From: a virus
UHGV virus genome: UHGV-0118908
Length of the DNA: 25,668 bases
Reading direction: 5' to 3' (one strand)
A program made the position numbers and the translations under genes. This document shows, in pieces, positions 16,455-25,668 of this stretch. The notes below the pieces were generated by a model. That model was given only the letters and a program-made list of their open reading frames with translations, made no database searches and had not been told where the DNA came from. Numbering within the stretch: position 1 is the stretch's first letter; the number at the start of each line of letters is the position of its first letter.

Positions 16455-16914
16455 TCAACGTAAGGCGTTCCTCGATATGCTGGCGTGGTCAGAGGGGACT
16501 GATAACGGACGACAGAAAACCAGAAATCATGGTTATGACGTCATTGTTGGCGGAGAGCTATTCACTGATTACTCCGATCACCCTCGCAAACTTGTCACGC
16601 TAAACCCAAAACTCAAATCAACAGCAGCCGGGCGCTATCAGCTTCTTTCCCGTTGGTGGGATGCCTACCGCAAGCAGCTTGGCCTGAAAGACTTCTCTCC
16701 AAAAAGCCAGGACGCTGTGGCATTGCAGCAGATTAAAGAGCGTGGCGCTTTACCGATGATTGATCGCGGTGATATCCGTCAGGCAATCGACCGTTGCAGC
16801 AATATCTGGGCTTCACTGCCGGGGGCTGGTTATGGTCAGTTCGAGCATAAGGCTGACAGCCTGATTGCAAAATTTAAAGAAGCGGGCGGAACGGTCAGAG
16901 AGATTGAGGTATGA
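16438..16914 (+). CDS. R: Endolysin R (lambda-type lytic transglycosylase)
   Basis: 158-aa [54 protein letters not shown]... agrees with lambda R as remembered. Confidence 0.9.
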   Translation: MVEINNQRKAFLDMLAWSEGTDNGRQKTRNHGYDVIVGGELFTDYSDHPRKLVTLNPKLKSTAAGRYQLLSRWWDAYRKQLGLKDFSPKSQDAVALQQIKERGALPMIDRGDIRQAIDRCSNIWASLPGAGYGQFEHKADSLIAKFKEAGGTVREIEV

Positions 16915-17348
16915 GCAGAGTCACCGCGATTATTTCCGCTCTGGTTATCTGCATCATCGTTTGCCTGTCATGGGCTGTTAATCATTACCGTGATAACGCC
17001 ATAGCCTACAAAGAGCAACGTGATAAAGCCACATCCACAATCGCTGACATGCAGAAGCGTCAACGTGATGTAGCAGAACTCGACGCCAGATACACAAAGG
17101 AGCTTGCTGATGCTAACGCGACTATCGAAAGTCTCCGTACTGATGTTTCTGCTGGTCGCAAGCGCCTGCAAGTCGCCGCCACCTGTGCAAAGTCAACGAC
17201 CGGAGCCAGCAGCATGGGCGATGGAGAAAGCCCAAGACTTACAGCAGATGCTGAACTCAATTATTACCGTCTCAGAAGTGGAATCGACAAGATAACCGCG
17301 CAGGTTAACTACCTGCAGGAGTACATCAGGACTCAGTGCCTGAAATAA
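16911..17348 (+). CDS. Rz: Spanin inner-membrane subunit Rz (i-spanin)
   Basis: 145-aa ORF; N-terminal TM segment [18 protein letters not shown], then coiled coil; N-terminal half close to lambda Rz with a divergent C-terminal half; ATGA overlap with R. Confidence 0.8.
   Translation: MSRVTAIISALVICIIVCLSWAVNHYRDNAIAYKEQRDKATSTIADMQKRQRDVAELDARYTKELADANATIESLRTDVSAGRKRLQVAATCAKSTTGASSMGDGESPRLTADAELNYYRLRSGIDKITAQVNYLQEYIRTQCLK
17104..17295 (+). CDS. Rz1: Spanin outer-membrane lipoprotein subunit Rz1 (o-spanin), embedded in the +1 frame of Rz
   Basis: ORF entirely within Rz in another frame; hydrophobic leader ending VASAC (lipobox-like) followed by a Pro-rich stretch, as in lambda Rz1; exact start uncertain. 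Confidence 0.6.
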   Translation: MLMLTRLSKVSVLMFLLVASACKSPPPVQSQRPEPAAWAMEKAQDLQQMLNSIITVSEVESTR

Positions 17349-17380
17349 TTTTTTTGCAAATCACAAAGTCCATTTAATGA

Positions 17381-17404
17381 GCCTCGCGATGCGGGGCTTT
17401 TTTA
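17381..17404 (+). terminator. Candidate intrinsic terminator after the lysis cassette
   Basis: GCCTCGC-gat-GCGGGGC (7-bp stem with one G.U) followed by TTTTTT. Confidence 0.45.
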
Positions 17405-17552
17405 CATCTGAATTTCACAGCGCATCTCACGCGCATATTACATCACCCGAGCCTTTCAGAAAGTTGAGCCTGAGAACTGCCGTATATGGTGGCGACCATC
17501 TCGGGACGGCTTTTCTGTGAGACAGGCTCACTTTCTAAAAGGTAAAGACGCT

Positions 17553-18071
17553 ATGAATCATCAATTGGCTAATCTCGATTTCCGGGACATGGTGGTTGTT
17601 TCTGGTGATCGCGTGATCACAACCTCCCGCAAGGTAGCAGCTTACTTCGACAAGCAGCATCACCACATCATTCAGAAAATCGAAAAGCTAGACTGTTCGG
17701 ATGAATTTCTAACCAGCAACTTTTCGCGGGTTACCTATGAACACAAGGGTAATCAGTATGTTGAATATGAAATTTCCAAAGACGGTGCGATGTACATCAT
17801 CATGTCGTTTACCGGCAAAAAAGCTGCCGCCATCAAAGAGGCGTTTATCAAAGCATTTAATTGGATGCGTGACAGGCTGATGGAGATGGCTCACTCATAC
17901 CAAAGAGAGCACAACGAGTTAATGCTGGAGTTCATGAAGGAAAAGGATGTTGCCAGTATGTCAGGACGCTTGCTGAACCGCTGGGGCAGGATCAAAAAAC
18001 CTCAACTCATAGCAAGAATCGAAAGGCTTGAGCAGCAGGCGCAAATATCGATCCCCGGACTGCCAAAGTGA
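17553..18071 (+). CDS. rha: Rha-family phage regulatory protein; ATG 17553 preferred over the GTG of ORF-track entry 17517
   Basis: VITTSRKVAAYFDKQHHHIIQKIEKL...NF...EYEISKDGAMYIIMSFTGKKAAAIKEAFIKAFNWM matches the pRha domain pattern (from memory); located between lysis and packaging genes as in P22-like phages. Confidence 0.55.
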   Translation: MNHQLANLDFRDMVVVSGDRVITTSRKVAAYFDKQHHHIIQKIEKLDCSDEFLTSNFSRVTYEHKGNQYVEYEISKDGAMYIIMSFTGKKAAAIKEAFIKAFNWMRDRLMEMAHSYQREHNELMLEFMKEKDVASMSGRLLNRWGRIKKPQLIARIERLEQQAQISIPGLPK

Positions 18072-18423
18072 CCATTCCAAAGCCCATCTACGGGTGGGCT
18101 TGATAATGAAACCGTGATTTACATCCCCACAATCCGGGTATGTAAAAGATAGTTCAGGCGAGAACAGATTTAACTAAGTCTGTGCACCACCAGTTGCGGC
18201 AGTACCACGAAACAACCCAAGCCAGTAAGTGGGGAAATAACACTGGCAGCCACTGAAAGATGAACCTCCTGCCTTATGGCAAAAAAGATTCTTTGTGGTG
18301 GCGGACTGATGGAAAGACATCGGTTATTGCAGAGACCATTCAATGAGTGGTCTCGACAATGGCTTATACCCTACACGGGATAACTTAACTGATATCCCTT
18401 TTAACGGATAAACGGAGCCAACA

Positions 18424-18666
18424 ATGGCAGAGATTATTCCCATGACTGAAGAACAGAAATTCCAGTTAGAGATTTACAAACTGGTCATGAACCAGAACGC
18501 AGCCGCAGAAGAAGCATTTCAGTTCATTGGTACTGACGAGCTGAAGCTTGAGCTATTTAAAATTCACTTCCAGTCAGGCGGCGCTAATTCAGATATCACG
18601 ACCCGCACTATCGAAGCGGTGCGTAAATCGAAGGAAGCGTTAGACCTGTTCACTACCGGAGCATGA
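18424..18666 (+). CDS. Hypothetical 80-aa protein upstream of the small terminase gene (P22 orf80-like position)
   Basis: ORF-track entry; ACGGAG RBS 8 nt upstream; no family recognised. Confidence 0.45.
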   Translation: MAEIIPMTEEQKFQLEIYKLVMNQNAAAEEAFQFIGTDELKLELFKIHFQSGGANSDITTRTIEAVRKSKEALDLFTTGA

Positions 18667-18701
18667 CGCTCAACCTGAAATAACAACTAAGTGAGATGAA
18701 T

Positions 18702-19190
18702 ATGGCAGCACCAAAGGGCAACCGATTTTGGGAGGCCCGCAGTAGTCATGGGCGAAATCCTAAATTCGAATCGCCTGAGGCGCTGTGGGCTGCTTGTTGT
18801 GAATACTTCGAGTGGGTGGAAGCTAACCCGCTATGGGAGATGAAGGCGTTCTCGTATCAGGGTGAAGTGATACAAGAGCCTATCGCCAAGATGCGAGCGA
18901 TGACCATTACCGGCCTCACTCTGTTCATTGATGTGACGCTTGAAACATGGCGCACATATCGCCTGCGAGAAGATTTATCTGAAGTCGTTACGCGAGCAGA
19001 ACAGGTCATCTACGACCAGAAATTCTCTGGCGCAGCCGCTGACCTTCTCAACGCTAACATCATCGCCCGTGATTTGGGCCTCAAAGAGCAGTCGCAAGTT
19101 GAAGACGTGACACCTGATAAGGGAGATCGCGATAAGCGACGCTCTCGTATCAAGGAGCTATTCAACCGTGGAACTGGACGCGATTCTTGA
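18702..19190 (+). CDS. Terminase small subunit (P22 gp3-type); ATG 18702 preferred over 18696
   Basis: [50 protein letters not shown]... agrees with P22 gp3 as remembered (162 aa from the second ATG). Confidence 0.85.
   Translation: MAAPKGNRFWEARSSHGRNPKFESPEALWAACCEYFEWVEANPLWEMKAFSYQGEVIQEPIAKMRAMTITGLTLFIDVTLETWRTYRLREDLSEVVTRAEQVIYDQKFSGAAADLLNANIIARDLGLKEQSQVEDVTPDKGDRDKRRSRIKELFNRGTGRDS
18969..18990 (+). other. Candidate pac site for headful packaging, inside the small terminase gene
   Basis: GAAGATTTATCTGAAGTCGTTA matches the P22 pac consensus as remembered, at the expected position within the gp3 homologue. Confidence 0.45.
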
Positions 19191-20667
19191 TAACCTGAGC
19201 GACGAAGAGCAAATCGAGTTGCTCGAGCTACTCGAAGAAGAAGAGAACTACCGGAACACACACCTGCTATATGAATTTACGCCATACAGCAAACAGCGTG
19301 AGTTCATCGACGCCGGGCATGACTATCCAGAGCGCTGTTTTATGGCTGGTAACCAGCTTGGTAAGTCATTTACTGGTGCTGCTGAAGTCGCGTTTCACCT
19401 TACAGGGCGTTATCCGGGCACAAAAGGCTATCCTGCTGATGGTAAATATGGCGGTGAGTGGAAAGGTAAGCGTTTCTATGAGCCTGTTGTCTTCTGGATT
19501 GGCGGCGAGACAAACGAGACTGTAACCAAAACGACTCAACGCATCCTGTGCGGTCGTATTGAAGAGAATGATGAGCCGGGCTACGGTTCAATACCGAAAG
19601 AGGACATCATTAGCTGGAAGAAGTCTCCTTTCTTTCCGAACCTTGTTGATCATCTTCTGGTTAAGCATCACACGGCTGATGGCGTTGAAGATGGCATTTC
19701 AATCTGCTACTTCAAACCATACTCGCAAGGCCGCGCTCGCTGGCAGGGTGACACAATCCACGGCGTGTGGTTTGACGAAGAGCCACCATACAGCATTTAT
19801 GGCGAAGGTCTTACCCGTACCAACAAATACGGTCAATTCTCAATTCTGACGTTTACCCCGCTGATGGGGATGTCTGACGTTGTTACCAAGTTCCTGAAGA
19901 ATCCCAGCAAGTCGCAGAAAGTGGTCAACATGACCATCTATGACGCTGAGCACTACACAGACGAACAGAAAGAGCAAATCATCGCATCCTATCCCGAGCA
20001 TGAGAGAGAGGCGCGTGCTCGCGGTATTCCTACGATGGGTAGCGGTCGAATCTTCCAGATACCGGAAGAGACGATTAAGTGTCAGCCGTTCGAGTGTCCT
20101 GATCACTTCTACGTAATTGGCGGGATGGATTTCGGATGGGATCACCCACAGGCGCAAGTTCAGCTTTGGTGGGATAAGGACGCAGACACAATCTACGTTT
20201 CACGCGTGTGGAAGGCGAAAGAAAAAACAGCCGTTCAGGCATGGGGAGCCGTTAAATCATGGGCGCATAAAGTGCCAACCGCATGGCCTCATGACGGAAA
20301 CCAGCATGAGAAGGGCGGCGGTGAGCAGCTCAAAGGGCAGTATGCCGACGCTGGTTTTATGATGTTGCAGGAGCATGCGACATGGCCTGATGGCGGTAAC
20401 GCTGTGGAGCCTGGCATCACTGAATTGCGCGACATGATGCTCGATGGTCGCTTCAAAGTATTCAACACCTGTGAGCCATTCTTTGAGGAGTTCCGCCTCT
20501 ATCACCGTGATGAAAACGGGAAAATCGTCAAGCTTAACGACGACGTTCTCTCAGCCGTTCGCTATGCATACATGATGCGCCGCTTCGCAAAAATGATGCG
20601 CGACATCAAAAAACCAAAAGAGAAAAAGATACCAGCCCCAATCAGGCCCATCGCACGGAGAACTTAA
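19168..20667 (+). CDS. Terminase large subunit (P22 gp2-type), GTG start
   Basis: 499-aa ORF overlapping the small-subunit gene end; AGGAG upstream of the GTG; length and sequence fit P22 gp2; stop overlaps the portal start. Confidence 0.9.
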   Translation: MELDAILDNLSDEEQIELLELLEEEENYRNTHLLYEFTPYSKQREFIDAGHDYPERCFMAGNQLGKSFTGAAEVAFHLTGRYPGTKGYPADGKYGGEWKGKRFYEPVVFWIGGETNETVTKTTQRILCGRIEENDEPGYGSIPKEDIISWKKSPFFPNLVDHLLVKHHTADGVEDGISICYFKPYSQGRARWQGDTIHGVWFDEEPPYSIYGEGLTRTNKYGQFSILTFTPLMGMSDVVTKFLKNPSKSQKVVNMTIYDAEHYTDEQKEQIIASYPEHEREARARGIPTMGSGRIFQIPEETIKCQPFECPDHFYVIGGMDFGWDHPQAQVQLWWDKDADTIYVSRVWKAKEKTAVQAWGAVKSWAHKVPTAWPHDGNQHEKGGGEQLKGQYADAGFMMLQEHATWPDGGNAVEPGITELRDMMLDGRFKVFNTCEPFFEEFRLYHRDENGKIVKLNDDVLSAVRYAYMMRRFAKMMRDIKKPKEKKIPAPIRPIARRT

Positions 20668-22833
20668 ATGGCCGACGAAAACAGACTCAATTCCATTCTG
20701 TGTAAGTTTGACGCAGACTGGATGGCGAGCGATGAAGCCAGAACCGAGGCGACAAATGACCTGTATTTTAGCCGAGTGTCGCAATGGGATGACTGGCTAT
20801 CAAACTACACTACCCTGCAATATCGCGGACAATTCGATGTTGTTCGCCCGGTGGTCAGGAAACTGATCGCAGAGATGCGCAGGAACCCTATCGACGTTCT
20901 CTTCCGACCCAAAGACGGCGCTAATCCTGATGCTGCCGATGTGCTGATGGGGATGTATCGTACTGATATGCGCCATAACACGGCAAAAATTGCCGTTAAC
21001 GTTGGCGTTCGTGAGCAGATAGAGTCCGGCGTTGGTGCATGGCGTCTGGTCACGCAGTACGAAGACAACGATCCAACAAGCAACAATCAGGTAATTCGAC
21101 GCCTGCCAATTCATGAAGCCTGCTCACACGTCATATGGGACGCCAACAGCAAGCAGATGGATAAGAGCGACGCTAAGCACTGCACGGTGATTAACGCTTT
21201 GTCACGCAATGGCTGGAAAGAGTTCGCAGAGGATTACGGTATTGATCCGGATACCTTGCCATCTTTCCAGAATCCGAACGATACATGGCTGTTTCCGTGG
21301 GTATCGAATGATGTCGTCTACGTCGCTGAGTATTACGAGGTCGAAGAGAAGAAAGAGAAAGTCTTCATCTACCGCGACCCACTGACAGGTGAGCCAGTCA
21401 GCTATTACCAGCAGGATATCAAAGACGTCATCGACGACCTGGCTAATCGTGGATTCATTAAGGTAGCAGAGCGTAAGGTGAAGCGTCGGCGTGTGTATAA
21501 GTCGATTATCACCTGCACGCAGATACTGAAAGACCGCGAGAAGATAGCCGGAGAGCATATTCCAATCGTTCCAGTGTATGGCGAATGGTCATTCGCTGGT
21601 GACAAGGAGTGCTACGAAGGAGTGGTAAGGCTAACGAAAGACGGTCAACGCCTTCGTAACATGATCATGTCGTTCAACGCCGATATTGTTGCTCGTTCAC
21701 CGAAGAAGAAACCGACCTTCTTCCCTGAGCAAATCGAAGGCTACGAATACATGTACGGTGGAAATGATGACTATCCGTACTATCTGCAGAACAGGACCGA
21801 TGAAAACGGTAACGACCTGCCGATTGGTCCAATCTCCTACATGGAAAACCCTGAAGTGCCGCAAGCCAACGCTTACATGCTTGAGGCTGCCACCAACGCA
21901 GTGAAAGAGGTGGCTAGTCTTGGTGTGGATGCGCAGGCAGCAAACTCTCAGGTCGCTTTCGATACCGTCAATCAACTGAACATGCGGGCAGACCTTGAGA
22001 CATACGTGTTTCAGGATAACCTGGCTACCGCAATGCGACGTGATGGCGAGATTTATGCCTCAATGGTCAATGATATTTATGACGTTCCTCGTCATGTAAC
22101 GCTGACACTTGAAGATGGAAGCGAGAAAGACGTTCAACTCTATGCGCAAGTTGTCGATTACCAGTCCGGCAATGTGGTCACACTCAACGACATTCGCGGT
22201 CGCTATGAGTGCTATACAGACGTAGGACCATCCTTCCAGAGTATGAAGGAACAGAACCGCGCAGAGATTCAGGAGTTGCTCACCAAGGTTCCGCAAGGTA
22301 CTCCAGAGTTCCAGATGCTGATGCTGCAATACTTCACGCTGCTTGACGGTAAAGGCGTCGAGATGATGCGAGAGTACGCGAACAAGCAACTGGTGATGAT
22401 GGGGCTGAAGAAGCCAGAAACACCTGAAGAGATGGAGATGGTACAGCAGGCTCAACAGCAGCCGCAGCAGCCATCAGCAGAGCAAATTCAGGCGCAGGGT
22501 ATCCTTCTGCAAGGTCAGGCTGAATTGCTCAAGGCAGAGAACCAACAGGCGCAGATTCAGGTTGAAGCCGCCAAGGTTGAAGCCCAAAACCAACTCAACG
22601 CCGCGAAGATTGCAGAAATCTTCAACAATATGGACCTCGACAAGCAGGCAGAACTGCGTGAGTACCTCAAGCTCGTAGGTCAATTCCAGCAACAGCGCAG
22701 CAAGGACGCTCGTGCTAACGCTGAGCTGCTTCTTAAAGATGCAGACCAGACTCATTCACAACGCATGGATTTCGCGAATCTTATGCGTCAAGTTCAAATC
22801 CCCTCCGGCGGAGTAGCCGAGACACCTCAATAA
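20668..22833 (+). CDS. Portal protein (P22 gp1-type)
   Basis: 721-aa ORF; long conserved stretches ([66 protein letters not shown]) agree with the P22 portal as remembered; Gln-rich coiled-coil C-terminal barrel region. Confidence 0.9.
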   Translation: MADENRLNSILCKFDADWMASDEARTEATNDLYFSRVSQWDDWLSNYTTLQYRGQFDVVRPVVRKLIAEMRRNPIDVLFRPKDGANPDAADVLMGMYRTDMRHNTAKIAVNVGVREQIESGVGAWRLVTQYEDNDPTSNNQVIRRLPIHEACSHVIWDANSKQMDKSDAKHCTVINALSRNGWKEFAEDYGIDPDTLPSFQNPNDTWLFPWVSNDVVYVAEYYEVEEKKEKVFIYRDPLTGEPVSYYQQDIKDVIDDLANRGFIKVAERKVKRRRVYKSIITCTQILKDREKIAGEHIPIVPVYGEWSFAGDKECYEGVVRLTKDGQRLRNMIMSFNADIVARSPKKKPTFFPEQIEGYEYMYGGNDDYPYYLQNRTDENGNDLPIGPISYMENPEVPQANAYMLEAATNAVKEVASLGVDAQAANSQVAFDTVNQLNMRADLETYVFQDNLATAMRRDGEIYASMVNDIYDVPRHVTLTLEDGSEKDVQLYAQVVDYQSGNVVTLNDIRGRYECYTDVGPSFQSMKEQNRAEIQELLTKVPQGTPEFQMLMLQYFTLLDGKGVEMMREYANKQLVMMGLKKPETPEEMEMVQQAQQQPQQPSAEQIQAQGILLQGQAELLKAENQQAQIQVEAAKVEAQNQLNAAKIAEIFNNMDLDKQAELREYLKLVGQFQQQRSKDARANAELLLKDADQTHSQRMDFANLMRQVQIPSGGVAETPQ

Positions 22834-22846
22834 GAGAGAGTTAATC

Positions 22847-23758
22847 ATGGACCAAACCACCGACATTCAGGCTTCTGAAGAATTAACCCTGCCCGGCAAT
22901 CATGCAGCGGCATCTGCTGATGGCTTAGTTGTCGATAATGCCAACGACAACGCAGGTCAGGAAGAAGGCTTCGAGATTGTCCTGAAAGACGATGAGAAAC
23001 CAAAACAAGACCCGGCAACTAATGCTGAATTTGCCCGTCGCCGCATCGAACGCAAACGACAGCGTGAGCTTGAGCAGCAGATGGAAGCGGTTAAGCGTGG
23101 AGAGTTGCCGGAGCACCTGCGGGTGAACCCTGAGTTACCAAAACAACCAGACCCTAACGATTATCTTTCCGAAGACGCACTGGCTAAGTACGACTATGAC
23201 CAGAGCCGCGCACTGGCGGCCTTCCAGCAGGCAAACAGTGAATGGCAGATCAAGGCTATGGACGCACGAAGCCAGGCTGTCGCCGAGCAGGGTCGCAAAA
23301 CTCAGGAGTTCACCCAGCAATCAGCGCAATACGTCGAGGCAGCCCGTAAGCACTACGACGCAGCGGAAAAGCTCAATATCCCTGACTATCAGGAGAAAGA
23401 GGATGCATTCATGCAACTGGTGCCGCCAGCAGTCGGTGCCGACATCATGCGCCTCTTCCCGGAGAAATCCGCTGCTCTCATGTATCACCTTGGTGCTAAT
23501 CCTGAGAAAACACGCCAGTTGCTGGCGATGGACGGGCAATCCGCGCTGATTGAACTCACTCGACTGTCAGAACGTTTAACTCTCAAGCCTCGAGCCAAGC
23601 CTGTTTCAGAAGCCCCGTTACCTGATGAACCCATTCAGGGGCACGCTGTTGCTGCAAATATCTCTGCGATTGAAAAGCAGATGGAAGCGGCAGCAAACAA
23701 AGGGGATGTAGAGACGTACCGCAAGCTTAAGGCGCAACTGAATAAAGGAATTCGATAA
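22847..23758 (+). CDS. Scaffolding protein (P22 gp8-type)
   Basis: 303-aa ORF between portal and coat genes; helical and charged; TAATG overlap with the coat start. Confidence 0.8.
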   Translation: MDQTTDIQASEELTLPGNHAAASADGLVVDNANDNAGQEEGFEIVLKDDEKPKQDPATNAEFARRRIERKRQRELEQQMEAVKRGELPEHLRVNPELPKQPDPNDYLSEDALAKYDYDQSRALAAFQQANSEWQIKAMDARSQAVAEQGRKTQEFTQQSAQYVEAARKHYDAAEKLNIPDYQEKEDAFMQLVPPAVGADIMRLFPEKSAALMYHLGANPEKTRQLLAMDGQSALIELTRLSERLTLKPRAKPVSEAPLPDEPIQGHAVAANISAIEKQMEAAANKGDVETYRKLKAQLNKGIR

Positions 23759-25053
23759 TGGCATTAAATGAAGGTCAACTGGTCACGTATGCTCTGGATG
23801 AAATCATCGAAACCGTCCAGAACCTGACGCCAATGGCGTCCAAAGTGACAAAATACACCCCTCCGGCAGAATCCATGCAGCGTTCAAGCAACACCGTGTG
23901 GATGCCTGTTGAGCAGGAAGCGCCAACACAGACTGGCTGGGATTTAACTGGCAACGCAACCGGGATTCTGGAACTCTCCGTGAAATGCAACATGGGCGAT
24001 CCGGATAACGATTTCTTCGAGCTTCGTGCAGATGACTTGCGTGATGAGCGTTCTTACCGTCGCCGCATCCAGGCATCCGCCAAAAAACTGGCGAATAACA
24101 TTGAGTCAGCGATTGCCAAACAGGCAACTGAAATGGGCTCGCTTGTTGTTCACGATACCCGCGCAATTGGTCCATCTACTGGCCTGTCTGGCTGGGATTT
24201 TGTGTCTGATGCAGAGCGCCTGATGTTCTCCCGTGAGCTAAATCGCGATATGGGCATCAGTTACTTCCTGAACCCTGACGATTACCGCAAAGCAGGCCGC
24301 AACCTGGTAGATGGTGACATCTTTGGGCGCGTTCCTGAAGAAGCGTATCGCAACGGTACTATTCAGCGTCAGATTGCTGGCTTTGATGAAATTCTTCGCT
24401 CACCGAAACTTCCGGCAGTTACCAAGTCAACCGCTACTGGTGTAACTGTGACTGGAGCGCAGAAGTTTAAGCCGCAGGCATACACCCTTGATACCGATGG
24501 TAACAAGGAGAACGTCGACAACCGTGTTGCAACGGTGACCGTATCCTCCACCACCGGGTTTAAGCGCGGAGACAAAATCAGTTTCACTGGTGTGAAATTC
24601 CTGTCTCAGATGGCGAAGAACGTGCTGACTGATGACGCGACTTTCTCAATCACCCGTGTGATCGATGGTACTCACATCGAAATCACGCCGAAGCCTATTG
24701 CGCTGGATGACGCGTCACTGACAAAAGAAGAGAAGGCTTACGCTAACGTAAACACATCTCTTGCTGATACCACTCCGGTAAACGTTCTTAACGTGGCAAC
24801 AACCACCGCTAACGTGTTTTGGGCTGATGACTCAATCCGTCTGCTGTCTCAGCCGATCCCGGTAACCCATGAACTGTTTGCTGGTATGAAAACGTCTTCC
24901 TTCAGCATTCCTGGTATTGGTGTTAACGGCATCTTCGCAACGCAGGGCGATATCAACACTCTGTCTGGTAAGTGCCGTATTGCTGTGTGGTATTCAGCAT
25001 GTGCTGTACGACCAGAGGCAATTGGTGTTGGTCTGCCTAACCAGACCGCGTGA
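23758..25053 (+). CDS. Major capsid (coat) protein (P22 gp5-type)
   Basis: 431-aa [30 protein letters not shown]...RDETAYRRRIQ-type sequence agreeing with P22 coat as remembered, at the gp5 position and length. Confidence 0.9.
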   Translation: MALNEGQLVTYALDEIIETVQNLTPMASKVTKYTPPAESMQRSSNTVWMPVEQEAPTQTGWDLTGNATGILELSVKCNMGDPDNDFFELRADDLRDERSYRRRIQASAKKLANNIESAIAKQATEMGSLVVHDTRAIGPSTGLSGWDFVSDAERLMFSRELNRDMGISYFLNPDDYRKAGRNLVDGDIFGRVPEEAYRNGTIQRQIAGFDEILRSPKLPAVTKSTATGVTVTGAQKFKPQAYTLDTDGNKENVDNRVATVTVSSTTGFKRGDKISFTGVKFLSQMAKNVLTDDATFSITRVIDGTHIEITPKPIALDDASLTKEEKAYANVNTSLADTTPVNVLNVATTTANVFWADDSIRLLSQPIPVTHELFAGMKTSSFSIPGIGVNGIFATQGDINTLSGKCRIAVWYSACAVRPEAIGVGLPNQTA

Positions 25054-25060
25054 TAACCAG

Positions 25061-25085
25061 AGGGAGCTTCGGCTCCCTTTTCTAT
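25061..25085 (+). terminator. Intrinsic terminator immediately downstream of the coat gene
   Basis: AGGGAGC-ttcg-GCTCCCT followed by TTTC; then a GGAG RBS for the next ORF. Confidence 0.5.
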
Positions 25086-25096
25086 TGGAGATACCA

Positions 25097-25668
<572 letters not shown>

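Noticed and set aside
18072-18423. Long intergenic region between rha and the 80-aa ORF, with short hairpins (AGCCCA...TGGGCT, GGGATA...TATCCC), as a possible small RNA or tRNA
   Set aside because: No cloverleaf-like arrangement or promoter-terminator pair could be seen by eye; a tRNA or ncRNA scan would be needed.
20800-22455. Several antisense ORFs of 90 to 130 aa inside the portal gene (20800..21114, 21202..21558, 21697..21975, 22060..22455)
   Set aside because: They are fully embedded antisense to a strongly supported portal gene, lack RBSs and have low-complexity translations.

Overview
This window is the core of a mosaic lambdoid temperate phage or prophage, in lambda-map orientation. 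Identifications rest on reading the supplied ORF translations, on remembered family signatures and on motifs read by eye; nothing was searched or computed.

- **Early-left operon (minus strand, 50..7556):** N with nutL, a Ral-like gene, cIII-like and Kil-like micro-ORFs, a RecT recombinase with a Gp157-like partner but no exonuclease, then a dense chain of start/stop-overlapping accessory ORFs including a small DPPH-motif methyltransferase, ending at an excisionase-like gene. Integrase is not in the window.
- **Immunity region (7789..9258):** 434-type cI and cro with ACAA-N6-TTGT operators, plus a signal-peptide protein gene co-transcribed with cI.
- **Early-right operon (plus strand, 9267..15697):** cII, an O-like initiator with an embedded iteron origin, a DnaB-type helicase, and a nin region (NinB, Dam-like methyltransferase, NinE, NinF, an AT-rich membrane-protein gene, an apparently frameshifted DUF1364 gene, RusA, NinH, Q).
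- **Late region (15740..25668):** pR' with a close terminator, lambda-type lysis cassette (S, R, Rz/Rz1), a Rha-like gene, and P22-type packaging and head genes (small terminase with pac-like site, large terminase, portal, scaffold, coat).
- **Right edge:** an extra ORF after coat that runs off the window inside a (Glu-Pro)n tract encoded by tandem GAGCCA repeats.

No tRNA, rRNA, CRISPR array or IS element was recognised. The most promising candidates for undescribed functions are the cI-coupled secreted protein, the right-edge repeat ORF, the nin membrane protein and the early-left accessory block.
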